The translations under genes and the position numbers were made by a program. A stretch of DNA of 62,300 nucleotides, counting the filler, from Choristocarpus tenellus KU-1152 (taxonomy: Eukaryota > Protista > Phaeophyceae): the NCBI GenBank assembly GCA_964200185.2. It is 4 parts of 4 records of this genome, joined end to end, with 100 filler letters (N's around TTAATTAATTAA, not from the genome) between each part and the next. Parts side by side here need not be neighbours in the genome. Positions count along the whole stretch, not along the records: positions 21,648 to 46,656 come from CAXNAD020000193.1; positions 46,757 to 62,300 come from CAXNAD020000977.1; 2 more parts are not named here. One strand, written 5' to 3'. Under the pieces are notes generated by a model. That model saw only the letters and a program-made list of their open reading frames with translations, had not been told where the DNA came from and made no database searches. Below, piece by piece: positions 39,601 through 52,100 of the stretch; positions within the stretch are counted from its first letter, which is position 1, and each line of letters starts with the position of its first letter.

Positions 39601-42600
39601 CACACCTTAATCTTGCCGTCTACAAGCTCGTGGGCGTCCGGGTCTGTCACAAAAACTCCAACAAGGGTCACAGGTCCTGAGTCCTCCTTCATAGATATTG
39701 GTACTGCAGGTGAGTAAACTGAAGGTGGGTTGTTGGCAGCAGTCACAGACACGTACATCTTGCGCTCAGTCTTAGTGTCTTCACTTTGATGGGAAATTTG
39801 AACCTGGAAAGGAAGTGGGATGAGTTACTTTCGGCGAGTGCTCAATGAAGTACATATTTGAGTTATATTCTCTAAAAAACACAAAAAGTGAAGTACACAC
39901 TGCCACATGCTTGCAATTCGAAAACATACTCCACTCACATTCACAGTTGCAACCCCATTGAAAAATGCATTTGCCTTGAACACTGCATATGCCAGAACAA
40001 GATTGATATCTCTTTCCAGTCCAGTCACATGGACAGTATGTGTCCCCTGCCTTAGTACTGAAACATTCTCACCCTCAGCTCCAGGAAATGTTATGCTGCC
40101 ATCATCAGAAGCAAAGCTCACAGTTGTTGTAGCAGTCTCAGTGACACCATGTCCTCTAGGAGCCCTAATACTGACCCCTGTCATCTTAACGGCATGTCCC
40201 TCCTCTGTCAAGAAAGCTGCACCGTCCCCCAGTACCAACGCCGATGGAACGTATGGCAATGAAACAAACACTTCAAGCTCAATAACGGCTCCTTGGCTAT
40301 CACCAGAATCAGAAATCAAGGCCGTTGTTGTCTTGAGCATTCTGTCTTCAGAAAATTTTAAAACAACAATGTCAACACCATTGAGATTCTTAGGTGGGGC
40401 ATATTCAAGAGCGCCAGAAGTCAGTGCAGCCTGAATGTGACTCAACGTCCCCTTGACAATAAGGGTGCCAACAGATTCCTTCCTAGATACCCACAACCCT
40501 GGTAGAAAAGGATTCATGTGAAGCGTTTCATTTCCCGCCACAGACCAAGCACATAGGGAAAACATGGATTCACTCATGTGTTTGATTGCATCCACATGCT
40601 CAAGGACCAATCCTAATAGAGGCAGTCTGCCACCTACTTCCACTTCCCTTCGAATAATCTGGGCGTTGTCAGCAGGGACGATGCTAATAGAAGGCAGGTC
40701 GGGTTGACCAAGAACATGAACAGGCAGGCTTGAGTTTATTACCCAGTTTCCCGCTCTAGCCAATGCTGACAGCTCTATGACCTCAATGCCAAAGAAATCA
40801 CTGTCAGGCAAATACAGCCAGTTTCTCAAGATCATTGAGATATTTCTCAAGGGCCCAATCAACAAGAACAGCCGAGATCCCTCATGCGTAATATTCACAC
40901 CACTGGGCTCATTTTTCTCAGCTCCGTGCAACTGCAAGGAGCCGTGACTACAAGCTATGGTGACTTCCACCCAACTTTTGGGGGAATCTCCTACATCATC
41001 GCCAAGCAAGTCCAATCCCCATATTTCCAAGATACCATCTTCTTCAATCTTCAAGTCAGTTGCTGGTAGCACCCATTTCATCGCGTTTTGCTCTTGCCCT
41101 GGCATGACCAGTCTGTGTTTGACTTCCACAGTAAGATTGGCTACTGTGTATCTTTCCCCACCTAGACCCCAGTTTCCACTATCTGAGACTTCAATTATGA
41201 TGTTTTGGAATCCAGGATCAGATTCAATTGCCGCATGGAATTCAAGGGATGACAACACCTTTCTGGCATTGGCAAGGGAAGAAACAAAGGCCAGATGGTG
41301 ATGTAGGCCGATTGGTGAGCCCTCTGAGAACACCACCCCTGGCACACGCCCATGAATGGTCGTACCAGGAGAAATCGACAAACTGCTGCTAATCGTGCCC
41401 GTACTTACATTCACCACAAGGAAACCATCACCAGCTTCGTCTGCATCAGGATCCTCAATCAAAATGCCAATGAGAGGTAGAGACTCGCCCGTCCAAGCAG
41501 ACATGGCCACTCCATTCGTGGGCAACACAATTCTAGGTGGGTCATTCACAGGCTCGATGATCACTGCAAGTGTTTTCACTGACGCCACAGGTTCAACAAC
41601 TGCACCTGCTACCCGTCTGTGACTCCTAGCCAATACTGAGATCTCATCGGACCCCCAAAGATCGGGATGAGGGCGATAGGCAAGGGACTGCAGCGCAAGA
41701 TTTACATGGTGCAGATTTCCTGATAGTGATAGGCCCATTCCATGGTCGCGAACACCTACCCTTCCTTCATCCCATGCATCTCCCAATGACAATATGCCAT
41801 AGGCAGCAGAGAGCTCCAATGTAACCGCACTTTCCTGCCCAAGGTCAATTTCGGATAACTCTATAGTGTCAATCCAGAGCACTCCATCCTCAAAAACATG
41901 CAGAGGTCCAGGTAGGACGGCAAGTGCACCAACCAGGCCAATCACTGGTGGTATGCTTTCTGCTTCCAAAATTACATTAACAGTCCAAGCTGACGAAAGT
42001 CCGCCATCGTCTGCCACAGTGATATTTATCGTATCATTTCCAGAAAAATGATGTGGCGGCCCAGAGTATGAGAGTTTCGCCAGGACTGATGCAACTGCAT
42101 CTAGCGACCCAGAGGCTGCAACACTCTGGTATCCCTTCTCATCATACTGCAATAAATGGAATTCAATAGTGTTTGCAAAACACAAGCAATAGTTAGTACA
42201 AGTAAACTCAAGTTCCGCTCCGTTGGGGGTAGAGAAACATATGAATCCATTCCTACTATCAAATGTTTCACTGGATGAACAAAATGTGTTACCCTGCAAG
42301 AATATTTATAGTACGTACATAGTCCCCCACAACAACCCTGAAATATACCAGGTCAAAGAGGTCCATCAAGATCACCCTGGTGAAGTGATGCACCCTGTAC
42401 ACTTCCACTAACTTCATTAAACTCCATATATTCTTAGCAATGCGCTCTATGCATGAAGGAGGAAAACAAAATATGAAGATAATAGTTCAATTTACAAGGG
42501 AAGAGAGGTAGAACACCAAGTTTGAATGTTTGAACCCCCTTCTTGACGGAACTGTAGTGCTGATCCACAAGATTAGATCAGAATGCTCATTTCACAGGAG

Positions 42601-45600
42601 TGCCGCATGTTACATATAAAAGATCAAATACAATGCTTTGCAATGCTAACTATAAAAACAATTACATGGCGTGTAAGGACAAACCATTTTGATGCCTTGA
42701 AGGAGAAGACGCTGTGGGTGGGGGAGATGGACTAGCCCATGCCTTGCCGAAATATTCATGGTGACTATACCCTCTCCGTTGTCATCAGACGTTCTTATGC
42801 CCGCAATAGTCATAATCGCTGAGCCTCTTCCTCGCAAAATTCGCGGACCTGTTAGCACAGGTGGAGAGTTTACATCCTCCAGAAGGATGTGGAAGGTCTG
42901 AGAACCCCAACCACCATCTGTCCAAGAACCAACGGCCTTGGCCCAGACATGCACTTCAACAATCCCCCTGGATTGGAAAGGTGAGGTGAACACAAGTCGT
43001 GACAATGCCTTATTCAGGTTGTCTAGACTACCAGTGAGCTCTCTCACTGTAGAAGACACCACAGTTTCCATAACACTTGATCCTAGAGCAGCCAATGGAG
43101 TTGAGACATTTCCTTTCGAGCAGCTTAGACGTATCAAGTATTGGGGCTGCCCAGCACCTTCTTCTGCAACTTCCCAGGCAATAGTATGACTCACATGTAG
43201 CAACGGCAATGGTATTACTGACCCTCCAAGTCCGTGGAGAAACCCATCCACCTCTATTGTGACGGTAGGTGCGACATCCTCTGGAACAATGTTTACTGGA
43301 CATGCGGCAACTACTTGTCTTGCACCTCCCTCCCCAAAGTTGCCCAGATCGTTTGCTGTCACTGTAAGCATGTCAATAGGTGTCCATCCCTTGACCATCT
43401 CCACCACATGAACAGTTGCACCCGCTTCTTGCAGACCTGATCCATTGACCACAAGATTGGGCAAGTCACCTGCATGTGGGGGGATCCCTGAAGGGAGGAA
43501 CGTAATGTCCCAGTAGCGCCCAAGTGTAAGCGCTAAGGGTGACGAAATAGCAGCTGACCCAGAAGCAACAATTACATCACCAATTTCTGGCAATGCAATT
43601 AAATGAGCCCTCAGATCGTTGGCTGAAGCAAATATTGATATGGGTGCAGATGCCTGCTGCTCCTCCAGGGCTAATGTGAAGGTACCATATATTTCAGAAG
43701 GAGCGTGCCCAGCTTGCACCAGGTTGACTGACACGGATGGTTTTGGTAAGATCCCCGGCAAGTTGAATGAATATGGTGTGTCAACAGGTCCAGTGCCATT
43801 GGCCACAAGATTATTAGCATAAACTTCCATTATTGGTAGAGAATGGGGAACATCAACAAACGTCACTGCCCATGTGTAGCCACCATGCAAATCAGCCCCA
43901 CTTCTTCTCACAACTGTTGTGACTGAGGCATAGGTCAACATCTTCAGTCTTAAATTGCTTACCTCAGATAAGGATGAGCTATTAGAGGATGAATTGAGAC
44001 CTATCAAGTATTCGGCATGACTGGCACTCAGATTGAAACATTCTGCTAACATGCTATTTACACCAGCCTCTACCGATTCATTCCCCGAAGCTGGGGCATC
44101 AGCCGCCAGAAGTGGGGACCATACAACACTACTGTTAACAGCAGTCGCGCTATTTGTTGATCTGTTGACTAGATTGGAGGTGATGAAGACGGCCTCCAGC
44201 TCCTCAATAAAAACATGGCAGTTCATGGACAGGGAAAAATTCCCTTCAATGAACCCTCCACTTGTAAGAGTCGTCACTGACTGTATAATTGCAACTTCTT
44301 GTGTGTTTACTGTTACCCTTTGAACCTCTCGGCGTGCCCTCTTGGCATTGGTGCCGGTTGACAAGCCTCGTGGAGGATAGTAGTACAGCTGACTGAGAGT
44401 TGATCGAAGATGAGTGATGGTGTCATTGATCACCAGCCGCTGGTATCCTTGCCAATCAGGTGTTTCAATCTGAAGTGCTGGACTGACACTATCACGCAAG
44501 TACAGTCTGCCCATTTCTGCCTCAACTGTGACGTGCATGATAGAGTCAGGTTGGGCCTCAAGATCTGGGTCCTCTACATGGATATGGTCTAGAAGAACCT
44601 CACGCCCTTCAATGGTCAACATTGGAACCTGTGGTAGCAGCAGTATCGGGGGATCATTGATGGCTGAGACAAGGACTTGGGTTGCAGCATTAACTTTGCA
44701 CCCAAGATCTCCCATTTTCTTAGAGGCCTTCTCCCAGATTGCAGTGATGTCATCATGCCCTCCAGTCCAAGAATTCCAGTGATCACGCGGTCGGTAAGTG
44801 ATACGGGCCATTGCACCAACAATAATGGAGGATGCACCAGTTAGGCGAACACGGCTCCGAGGTCTTGTTGTGTACACCATAGGCATCAGGGTCTCCAAGC
44901 TTGGACAATGTTTGCATCCACCCCAACTATCATCCAACATGAACAAGAGTGATGCGGAGCAATGTCCTATCCTCTCATCCCCTCCACTAGTGCAATAAAA
45001 CCCAGAATCAAAATTTGGAAGATCGCAGGAATATTTGGCAGATGTTGACTCAAGAATATTGTCAATGCACCATGTCCCCTGGTTCAACAGAATAGTCTCA
45101 ACAACACTGAGAGCATAATCCTCAACATCATGGAGTGATACACTCCATGCTAGACCGTACTCAGCACCAGCATTAGGATGGCGAAGTACAGTGGCGTTGA
45201 CACTTCTAGGCAGAGCAGCTAAGGCATCCCTCACCTCATCAGCAGTTGCATCGGTGAACAGTGGTTGCGTCACCATGCCACTGATGTCACCATAACCGAC
45301 TCTTGGTTCCAGTGCCAGACGGAATGTCCCAGCAATAGGAGTCACTCCTGGGACAAGGCGACTTACTACAGCTGTTGTGTTCGCGTTATTGAGAGGGCAA
45401 TCCTCCAAATAAACCTTGTCCACAGATTCCATGCATAAACTGCCAATCAACGGGCGGGGCCCTGGTTCATTGAATGTGATGGTCCACACATAGCCATCAA
45501 TATTACTCTCCATGTCACTCAAAAGCAAGGAAGATCGAGTTACTGTTATCTGACTTCGGAGACTGGGAAGCATTGTGAGGGCTTTCAGTACCTCATCTGG

Positions 45601-45840
45601 GTCTGCATTGGCAGGAAGCTGTACAGTAGAGTCGCTATTGAAACTTAGCGCAAATGTGCCGGTTGGCACTGCACCATTAAATCCCGAGAGAGTTAATTTT
45701 TGTACTTCACCAACAAATGATGTAGAACCCTTCAAGTGCTCCACTGCTGTCACCTCGAGGGTACTATTTTCCGAAACTTCTGCCAGGAGTAAAGGTTGGT
45801 CCCCACCATTCACCAAGGAGTCCAGAAAGGTCAAGGCTAC
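21648..45840 (-). CDS. Giant repetitive extracellular/adhesin-like protein (over 5,100 aa, partial): cadherin/Ig-like NDPP repeats, EVQ repeats, FN2-like module, ELWxxDGT repeats
   Basis: 18 exons with consistent phases: 42685-45840, 39939-42146, 39606-39803, 34840-38523, 33818-34588, 32518-33147, 31682-32245, 30215-30436, 29704-29981, 29382-29554, 28673-28950, 27947-28303, 25242-27479, 24599-24742, 24214-24321, 23526-23594, 22719-22864, 21648-21868 (15,445 nt). Recurrent VNDPP..ED..I.D.D..HG.L.L..G.L..IN.AL..L.Y.P..DW.G.D..V.D.G..G.GG; GRELWRTDGT at ~24690-24720. Confidence 0.9.
23940..24200. mobile_element. MITE family A copy, 4-bp TSD TTCT, intronic
   Basis: TTCT|GAGTGAAAGTATCTTAGAGGGTA...TACCCTCTAACATACTTCGACTC|TTCT. 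Confidence 0.92.
30567..30799. mobile_element. MITE family A copy, 4-bp TSD AAAG, intronic
   Basis: AAAG|GAGTGAAAGTATCTTAGAGGGTA...TACCCTCTAAGATACTTTAACTC|AAAG. Confidence 0.92.
33186..33447. mobile_element. MITE family A copy, reverse orientation, intronic
   Basis: TAA|GAGTCAAAGTATGTTAGAGGGTA...TACCCTCTAAGATAATTTCACTC|TAA. Confidence 0.9.
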
Positions 45841-46499
45841 CTGAAGTTAAAAGGTACAAGTAAGCCAGAAGTCAGAATAGTTCAAGGAGGTATATGTCAA
45901 GCATATGACTTGGAGGCTACTGCAGGTTCAAGCCATATATATTTTGGGGTCATCTTGTACCTAGGCCTGATGTACCTACTTCAAGTTACAGCTTGATCAT
46001 ATTTCTATCAAATCTACGCAACCCTATATCTTTCCTTCCAATTACCCCTACCATTGAAGGATAGTAAATTCTACACAAACTTGGGGATATGGGTTTGAAA
46101 CTTGTCATGCAGTCCTGTAAGAGTACTTTGCATTCACATCATGTAATCTATATAAAGCAGAACTGTATCCAACAGGTAGATTAACAAACACAGGCCCAAC
46201 CCATATCAATCTTTCCTTATTATGCACATATAATCTCCAACAACTCTCATGTCAAAACATACTTGTAATCATGACTGACATCACTGAGAGATTAGAAAAC
46301 AAGACTTGGAGCTCCAACCAATAGAATATTTTTTCCCAGGTTGAAAATGAGTGAAAAAAACATTGGAGGAGGCCATGAACCTGGTCAAGGGCCTAGAAGC
46401 TGTACATAATTCCCTGTCCAAGGCAGAGTGTTTGACTTCCCCCACCTTGGATCATGTTAGACCTAGATCACCTTTGCCAGGGAATTGACCTCCAAATAA

Positions 46500-46656
46500 G
46501 GCTCAAAGTATCTAGGGGGGGTGGTGGCTGTCCATTCAGGGGCCCATTTCTCCACGTCAAGGTTCTAGGGTGATTTGGTTGTATATATCAGATGGACAAT
46601 GTAAATGCGCTTTTCCTGGTCAGGGCCTGAATGGACACTCTGATGTAGACCCCCCC
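46500..46656. mobile_element. MITE family B copy, truncated by assembly spacer
   Basis: GGCTCAAAGTATCTAGGGGGGG...AATGGACACTCTGATGTAGACCCCCCC then N. Confidence 0.85.
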
Positions 46657-46756
46657 NNNNNNNNNNNNNNNNNNNNNNNNNNNNNNNNNNNNNNNNNNNN
46701 TTAATTAATTAANNNNNNNNNNNNNNNNNNNNNNNNNNNNNNNNNNNNNNNNNNNN
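46657..46756. other. Assembly spacer N44-TTAATTAATTAA-N44
   Basis: Same 100-bp linker. Confidence 0.97.
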
Positions 46757-48352
46757 GTGAAACCATGGACTCTTGACTGGGAACCTCACTCGGTACTACG
46801 GTATAACGGTATATGGCATACGGCAATAACGCTATAAGAACAGATAAACATGCTTTCCACATACATTTGTTCATTAATAGTATACCATTCATTAATTGAT
46901 TGGATTTGGGAGAAACAAACATTTCAACAATATTTGGGAAACATGCGCATTCAACAACTCCTGTGTCTTGACTGAAGATAGAACGTACATAGTACTTAGG
47001 TACTTTGTAGGCCAAGTGAGCAAGAAAATGTGATGGCTGTGCTGCAATTATCTGAATCAATGGAAAGATGCAAAGTTTCCTGTCAAAACTGCTGTTGGCA
47101 GTGGTATCAAACCTTGGGCAAGTGACAACTGTGAGGAACAAAGTTGTTAATCCACTTACCCGTGAGGGAAAACATAGGTGCTGTAGACTGCAGAGCAGGT
47201 AGAGTCATGTGCAAAGAATTTTTGTGAAGTCATGGGAAAAGAAAGTCACACCCTTTGACACTAGGCAGCAGGGTCAAGCGCCAACTCAAGGCGCCAAGAG
47301 TGAAACCATTTAAGAGGTGGTTCGATATTTAAGGGCCTTTTTGCCCCTTGTGCAATATGCACCATGCCCATCCCTGAAATGCAGTTAATCACCCAGAGAA
47401 GGGCAACGCTGTAGAAGAAGACTAGTGAACACACTCATAGGCAAAAGTGCTGCCACCACAGTGCTTGAAACACACGTACCATGTGGCAGTCATAAAGGGG
47501 CTCTTCAACTCAATGGCACCCCCTCCTCAGTTGGCATCACTCCAAGTACTTTACTTTGATGTTATAATTTGACCAGATCAACACCGGGCGTCTTTTTTAC
47601 GTTCTGCTACAATGCACTCCGCAAGAAACCTCCAGTATATCCATGATGGAATGCGTAGCTCCAATCCACAAGGCTGTAAATGGATCATGAAGCTAGTAGA
47701 AGGCTCCATAATGTAAATGCCGTCAAATATACTGGATCTCTCACTTCTATTGTTCACTTCATGGGTACCATTAGGATACATGGAAATGAGTGAAAACTGC
47801 TCGCTCTATGTTGGTGGTCTCATAATGACAAAGTATATATAAATCGACACGTACTCTGGAGTACAAATATATAATGTCTAGGATTTCAAGGTCATAGTGG
47901 CGTTTTTGAAACCATTATTAAGACGTATCGCCTGTAGCAGTTCTGCTATGCCCAGAATATCAACCATGCATGCTCAAGAAAATTGATGAAGTCAGCAACA
48001 CGTTTTGACCACCATAATTTTCCAGAACAAAATGCTACCACCTGTTCGAAGATTCCAATGCTTCAAAAATAGCAACGACAAAATCAATGAGATCGTTTTA
48101 CATGTTACAGGTGAATGTAAGCACGTTTAAATGTCAAAATTGCAAGATGCTGCCATGAGTTCTACACTTTCCACTCTCTACACTCTCGAAATGATCGCAG
48201 AAGCTCAATAAAAAACGAAATTTGGCAAGAGAACTGCGACCACTATAGTACCTCCTTTTTTTCAACAACGAGCGAGCGATAACTTGTGTTGATGGGATAA
48301 TATGGGAAAGTCAGTTCTCCAGGATATAAGCAGACTTTGATGACCAGAAAAA

Positions 48353-48597
48353 GAGCCAAAGTATCTTAGAGGGTATGGCTGCGTCCATTTGGGGGTCAAA
48401 ATTCAATGTTGCGATTTTGATGTAATTTTGGTTATCGTGTTGTTAGGAAGTGTCAATATCCTTGTTCCGGACGCACCTTTTCGTAACATACACATTTTAC
48501 CTACTCAGAAATATTTTGAGGAAAATGTAATAAGAAAAAACATAGGAAGCCAAGCCCCAAACGGACAAACAGGGCAAAACTCGTACCCTCTAAGATA
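48353..48597. mobile_element. MITE family A copy, reverse orientation, one TIR tip missing
   Basis: GAGCCAAAGTATCTTAGAGGGTA...TACCCTCTAAGATA. Confidence 0.88.
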
Positions 48598-49109
48598 GAG
48601 TTTAAGAAACATCTGACTGCTTATGTACTGGACTTCTAATTTGCATTAATATTCGGGTACGATTCAGAATATGAAAATGACTGAATGTCATCCATGGGGC
48701 TGTGCCTTAGTAACGACCCGGAACCCATTATACAATCCATAAGTCAAACTGCTTGGTATGAGCAGGACCCAAATTGGAAAAAATTCAATTAATTTCTTGA
48801 TCACAAAATAACCCACACAGCAACTACCTGAAATAGAAATTTGTCTTGTGGATAAAATAATATTGCCACAAGCTGTTTCCCCGATGCTATCATTAGGGTA
48901 CTAGTAGGTAGGTACCCACAGGACACATTCACAACTCTCAATTTGTACAACAAACAGAAGGTCCATTGCATTGTCCCGAAGCATGCAGACACTTCAAAAC
49001 GATTATCAAAATCATGTGTCACCCGCAGGGCAGTCAGCTACATATTACCTGTTGCAAATCCCGAATTTGGGGTTTACTACACACACATCCAATCAATATC
49101 AAAGCACAA

Positions 49110-52100
49110 TCACATCCTCTTGTCATCCACACGACCATCACCCATATACGGCCTGCTACCCCCCAGTTCAGTCTCCAGGGGTCCAAGAAGGTTATAAAGG
49201 GCTTGGTATGCGTCTTGAGTTTGTTCTGCAGCAAAGCGCCAAATTGCACCTCGGCACCATGGCCCCCCTTCTCTACCAAAACTCTGCTTGTTCTCAATGG
49301 CTCTGGAATGAACTCGTCCACCTGCCTGGAGAGGGCTTGCTGAGGTGATGACTCGACCCCTCTTCTTCTATCATGCAACAAAATATAGGACACCAAAAAC
49401 AGTGGTGAGGTTACAAGGTGGGGGGTTGAGGTGAGAAAATATTGACATAGGAAGGTGGGGTCTGGGGTATGTCAGAAGTACAAAACCCCCCACATTAACA
49501 CTTGCTATGATGTTTACTGATGAGGCATATATTATTGGTCCACACAATACAGTTTTAACCTTTTATGTAATACTGCAGTTAAGAGGTAAAAATGGTCCCC
49601 AGTACTGACTCCATTCTTGAGGTTTCCAACGAAAACTTTGAAGAGCAAACTCTTGATTTTTCATGGGCTTTGAACTGGGCTAGGCAGTTAGCGTCCACTG
49701 TCGACCATATGACTGTGGGCAGACCCATGGCCCGACCATGTTGAAATGGTCAATGACCATGGATAGACTCGGGCATGTTCAAACTTGGTTGTACATGGCC
49801 ACCCATCATCCCCAGTCATGTTGATAAGGTCAGTGGCCATGGACTCAGTCATGTCCAAACTTGGTTGTACATGGCCACCTAGCGGCCCCAGTCACGTTGA
49901 GTAGTTACAGCCATGGACTCAGTCAGCCATGTTAGAACATTTATCTATGGCCAGCCAGAAAATATTTTTTTGACACTCGGGCAGGCACTTCATGCCTCCC
50001 TCTTTACCATACACTCTAGTTGTATCTTGTTGTATCCTATAATAGTACTGTAAGCACTACTTACAATATGTATATTGATAAATCTAATAAATTTTCTATT
50101 TTACTTTTTTAGAGACCATGTAAGAGTAACCGATATAAGAGAAAACGGGATATAAGAGAGGATAAATTGCCCTGTCACGACTTTTCAGCCAATAAGCGAG
50201 GTTTTGACGTTTTCCTGTCAATTCTCTCTTATATCGAGCAAACTTGCATTTTTTTTCACTACTTGACCAAGGGGTTTCTCAAAAAGTCATGTCTAAAGTT
50301 TAGGAAAAAAGAACAAAACAAGGCACAAAGCTGCTCGAGACCAGCAGAGCATACAGCATAGAAGTATTTTGTCTCTCAGTACTGCGCAGTACAGTACATA
50401 CAGAATATCACATCAAGTTTTGATGACTGCATTGTACAGATATAACAATGTCCTGTGCAACGGGATCCAGCTGCAACATACAGGTAGTACCCCTGGTCCA
50501 CCACACTATACATGCCATAAGTATCACGTTTGTAGCAGCTATCTTCAAGGCATTTGCGACGCCGTGGATCCTTTTGGCCCCAGCGAAATGAAATTCGTGT
50601 GCAAATTGTGTGTGGGCTCCACCAAGCACAAGGCTTCGAGTCCTCCAGCAGGTGATAACATGGTGTCCAAGCGCCACGATAACAAGAAAACGTCAACATC
50701 CTCCCCACCCCCCCCCCCCCCCCCCACCCCACCCGAACCCCAAAGTTTGGGAAAAATACTTCCCCCCCGAAAAGGTACCTCCAGCACTGACAACTCTGTT
50801 GAGGACACCGATGAGCTGATGTACATCATGCAGCACTTGAGTGTCAGCACAAGGAGCGACCATATTGATGAGGATCTCTCCGATGCTCTAGACGCTCTGC
50901 ACCTCAAACCCGGCGGAAAACCATCTCAGGCTTCCATCCACGCAGCGAGAGCGTGGATCAGCATGGAAGACAACGGTGAAGTGGCCAATGTGATACTACA
51001 TGGAAGACCAGCTGCTCAAGAAATCCTTGTACCAGTCAGACAATGAAAGCTCGGGTGACGAGGATGATGATGGGCTTATGGGAGGGGACAGCGCATAGGG
51101 GACCGTGAGGAAAGGAGCAGCTTCTATAGTGTTTTCGATTCCTCCACTGGCCGTACTCTCAAGCAGCTGACAAGTTTGCAACCTTAGAAACAACCGCTGA
51201 AGAGTGCAGCATGAAAGATGTTTCGTACTATCTCCAGAAGAAAGCAAAGGAGGCTTGGCTCAGTGCAATCGGAACAAGGAAAATCAAACACGCGGACATC
51301 CTCAATTTTTTTGGCAGACGCGATTTTTTTATTAGCAAATAAGTTATTTTACTCAATGCGTGCCATGGGGTGCATTGCGGTGCAGGTGTATTTGATCCAC
51401 GGGGGCGTTTTTGATACTGTACTGTATAATATCCTTGTAGAGTGCAATTGAATACCTAGGGCAGGGCATCTGAGGGAGATTGGCTTTGAACATGTTGATT
51501 TGATTTGAACTGCGAGTTGTCTGTCCAGTCATCCAATGGCTTGCGGATGCTTTTCTTGGAAAGGTGTACTATACATACAAGTAAATACATCATAATGAGT
51601 GCAATTCACGAAAGTTACACTACTATGTGTACATATGACACTGGTACACTGTGCAGGGGTGCTGTAGATGTGGTGCTTGGTGCACCACCACAGCTTCATC
51701 GAAATGAGCTCACCGAGGGCAATGTTCAATATATATAATATCTACATGTAACTGCTCTTGAAGGCACATCGGAAGCACATACAGCAAGGACATCGCTCTG
51801 TCGTTTTTCGGGGACAAGTATATAAAGTACCTATGACCACTGTCGCTTGATATAATATAGGTTTCTTTTATCACGATCCCTCGGTTTAAGAGAAAAACGT
51901 TCTTATATACAATAAGAGATGATCGGGATATAAGAGAGGGGTTTTTCGCTTGTTCCTACCCTCTCTTATATAGGTATAGACGAGACCTGGTTCTCATGTA
52001 GATTGGGAGGCGTGCAAAGTTCGAGTTGGTGGGCTGTCAGGACTGTGGAGGATCACCAGTGCAAAGTCAACCAACACATTTGACGGGGTGCGAAAACCTC

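Noticed and set aside
25176-45834. Long ORFs (748, 1257, 824, 1062 aa) as separate genes or a bacterial contaminant operon
   Set aside because: They are bounded by splice sites with matching phases and separated by introns, several containing host MITEs; they are exons of one gene.
25579-45844. Many plus-strand ORFs opposite the giant gene
   Set aside because: Antisense shadows of the coding exons with no recognisable motifs.
46757-48300. Possible 5' exons of the giant gene
   Set aside because: Lies across an assembly spacer, and I found no convincing frame, signal peptide or repeat motif.
49034-49396. 120-aa ORF as an independent gene
   Set aside because: Another frame on the same strand encodes the UreD C-terminal exon (49110-49367).
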